Origin: Dictyostelium discoideum
Lineage: Eukaryota
DNA: 64,000 nucleotides
Direction of reading: 5' to 3'
NCBI GenBank assembly: GCA_000004695.1
Contig: CM000154.2
Coordinates: forward strand, 2,176,001-2,240,000
Position 1 is the first letter of the stretch; each line of letters starts with the position of its first letter. Both the position numbers and the translations under genes were made by a program. Of the stretch, positions 60,039-64,000 are shown piece by piece. Below the pieces are notes generated by a model. It saw only the letters and a program-made list of their open reading frames with translations. It was not told the origin of the DNA and made no database searches.

Positions 60039-60195
60039 AGTGCATAGATAAATCTTTCCTTTCTCTGACATTTGATTAGTATTGATTCATTTTATTGCTT
60101 TAGAAATAATATTTATATGATGGTCAACCTTTCTTTATGATATAGTGCATAGATAAATCTTTCCTTTCTACATCATTTGATTGGTATTGGTTCAT
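60039..60195. repeat. two copies of a ~52-bp direct repeat (agtgcatagataaatctttcctttct..acat.atttgatt.gtattg.ttcat) spaced 105 bp apart, ~600 bp upstream of the actin start
   Basis: Copy 1 is at 60039-60090 and copy 2 at 60144-60195, with ~90% identity. This is read directly from the sequence. Confidence 0.8.
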
Positions 60196-60775
60196 ATATT
60201 ATCTAGATTATTATTGAAAGTAAAACATTTTTACTTTATAAAAAATAATATTAAAGTTAGATTCATATTATTTAATTAGTTTTTATTTTTATTTTTTATT
60301 ACTTTACCTTTTTTTATATTTTAAGCAATCAACTTTTATCTAAACCTTTTTTAATTGTTAGAGTTAGATTTATTTTCTATTTGTTATTATTTTTTTTACA
60401 TTTGAATGATTATTATTTTATTTTTTTTTTCAAAAAATTTATTCTATTTATACTCGACCATTTTTCAATTTTAAAAATTATTTGAAATTAAAAAAAGGAA
60501 TACTCACTATATAAAGTAAAATCTGATTGCCAAAAAGAAAATTACCAAATCTGGAAATATCCAAAAAAAGAAAATGGTAAAAGGGGTGTTATGGTAATAT
60601 AATCTTAGTTTTAGTTTATTTGTTATTTATTTTTTTTTATTTTTTATTTTTTTATTATTTTTTTTAGATCTACTCACAATCACTCATCCACACATTTAAT
60701 TTGACTTTAGATAAAAAAAAAAAAAAAGATGGAAAGTTTATATACAAAAAAAATATACCAATAATTGGTATTGAA

Positions 60776-64000
<3,225 letters not shown>

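Overview
This 64 kb window reads as Dictyostelium discoideum nuclear chromosomal DNA. The inference rests on very low GC content, very long (AAT)n, (CAA)n and (TTA)n microsatellites inside and outside ORFs, and polyN/polyQ-rich proteins. Introns are short and AT-rich with GTAAGT...AG borders, and one ORF encodes the canonical Dictyostelium actin protein. I can support about 24 protein-coding genes, several of them multi-exon with splice sites worked out by hand.

Genes I recognise: an atypical E2F-like factor with two winged-helix domains, an NDUFA12/NDUFAF2-family protein, a divergent homeobox protein, an IQGAP-type RasGAP, tRNA 2-thiouridylase MnmA/MTU1, a GNAT acetyltransferase, a bacterial-type (mitochondrial) ribosomal protein L3, PurN, NIPSNAP, MYCBP, SMC6, a PrxQ/BCP peroxiredoxin with an apparent frameshift, a PHO80-like cyclin, the 26S proteasome ATPase Rpt3/PSMC4, a choline-transporter-like protein and actin. 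A large Asn-rich gene is cut off by the window end.

I found no tRNA, rRNA, CRISPR array or transposon ORF. There are two 100-N assembly gaps. A 6.5 kb gene desert (41.1-47.6 kb) holds a family of degenerate dispersed repeats with GC-rich CCAAT-core islets and two GC-rich non-coding islands that could be ncRNA genes. I see no defence-island-like novel system in this eukaryotic window. The points most worth a second look are the frameshifted peroxiredoxin, the repeat family and GC islands in the desert, an unplaced small GC-codon-rich ORF near the left edge, and a secreted protein with atypical composition.
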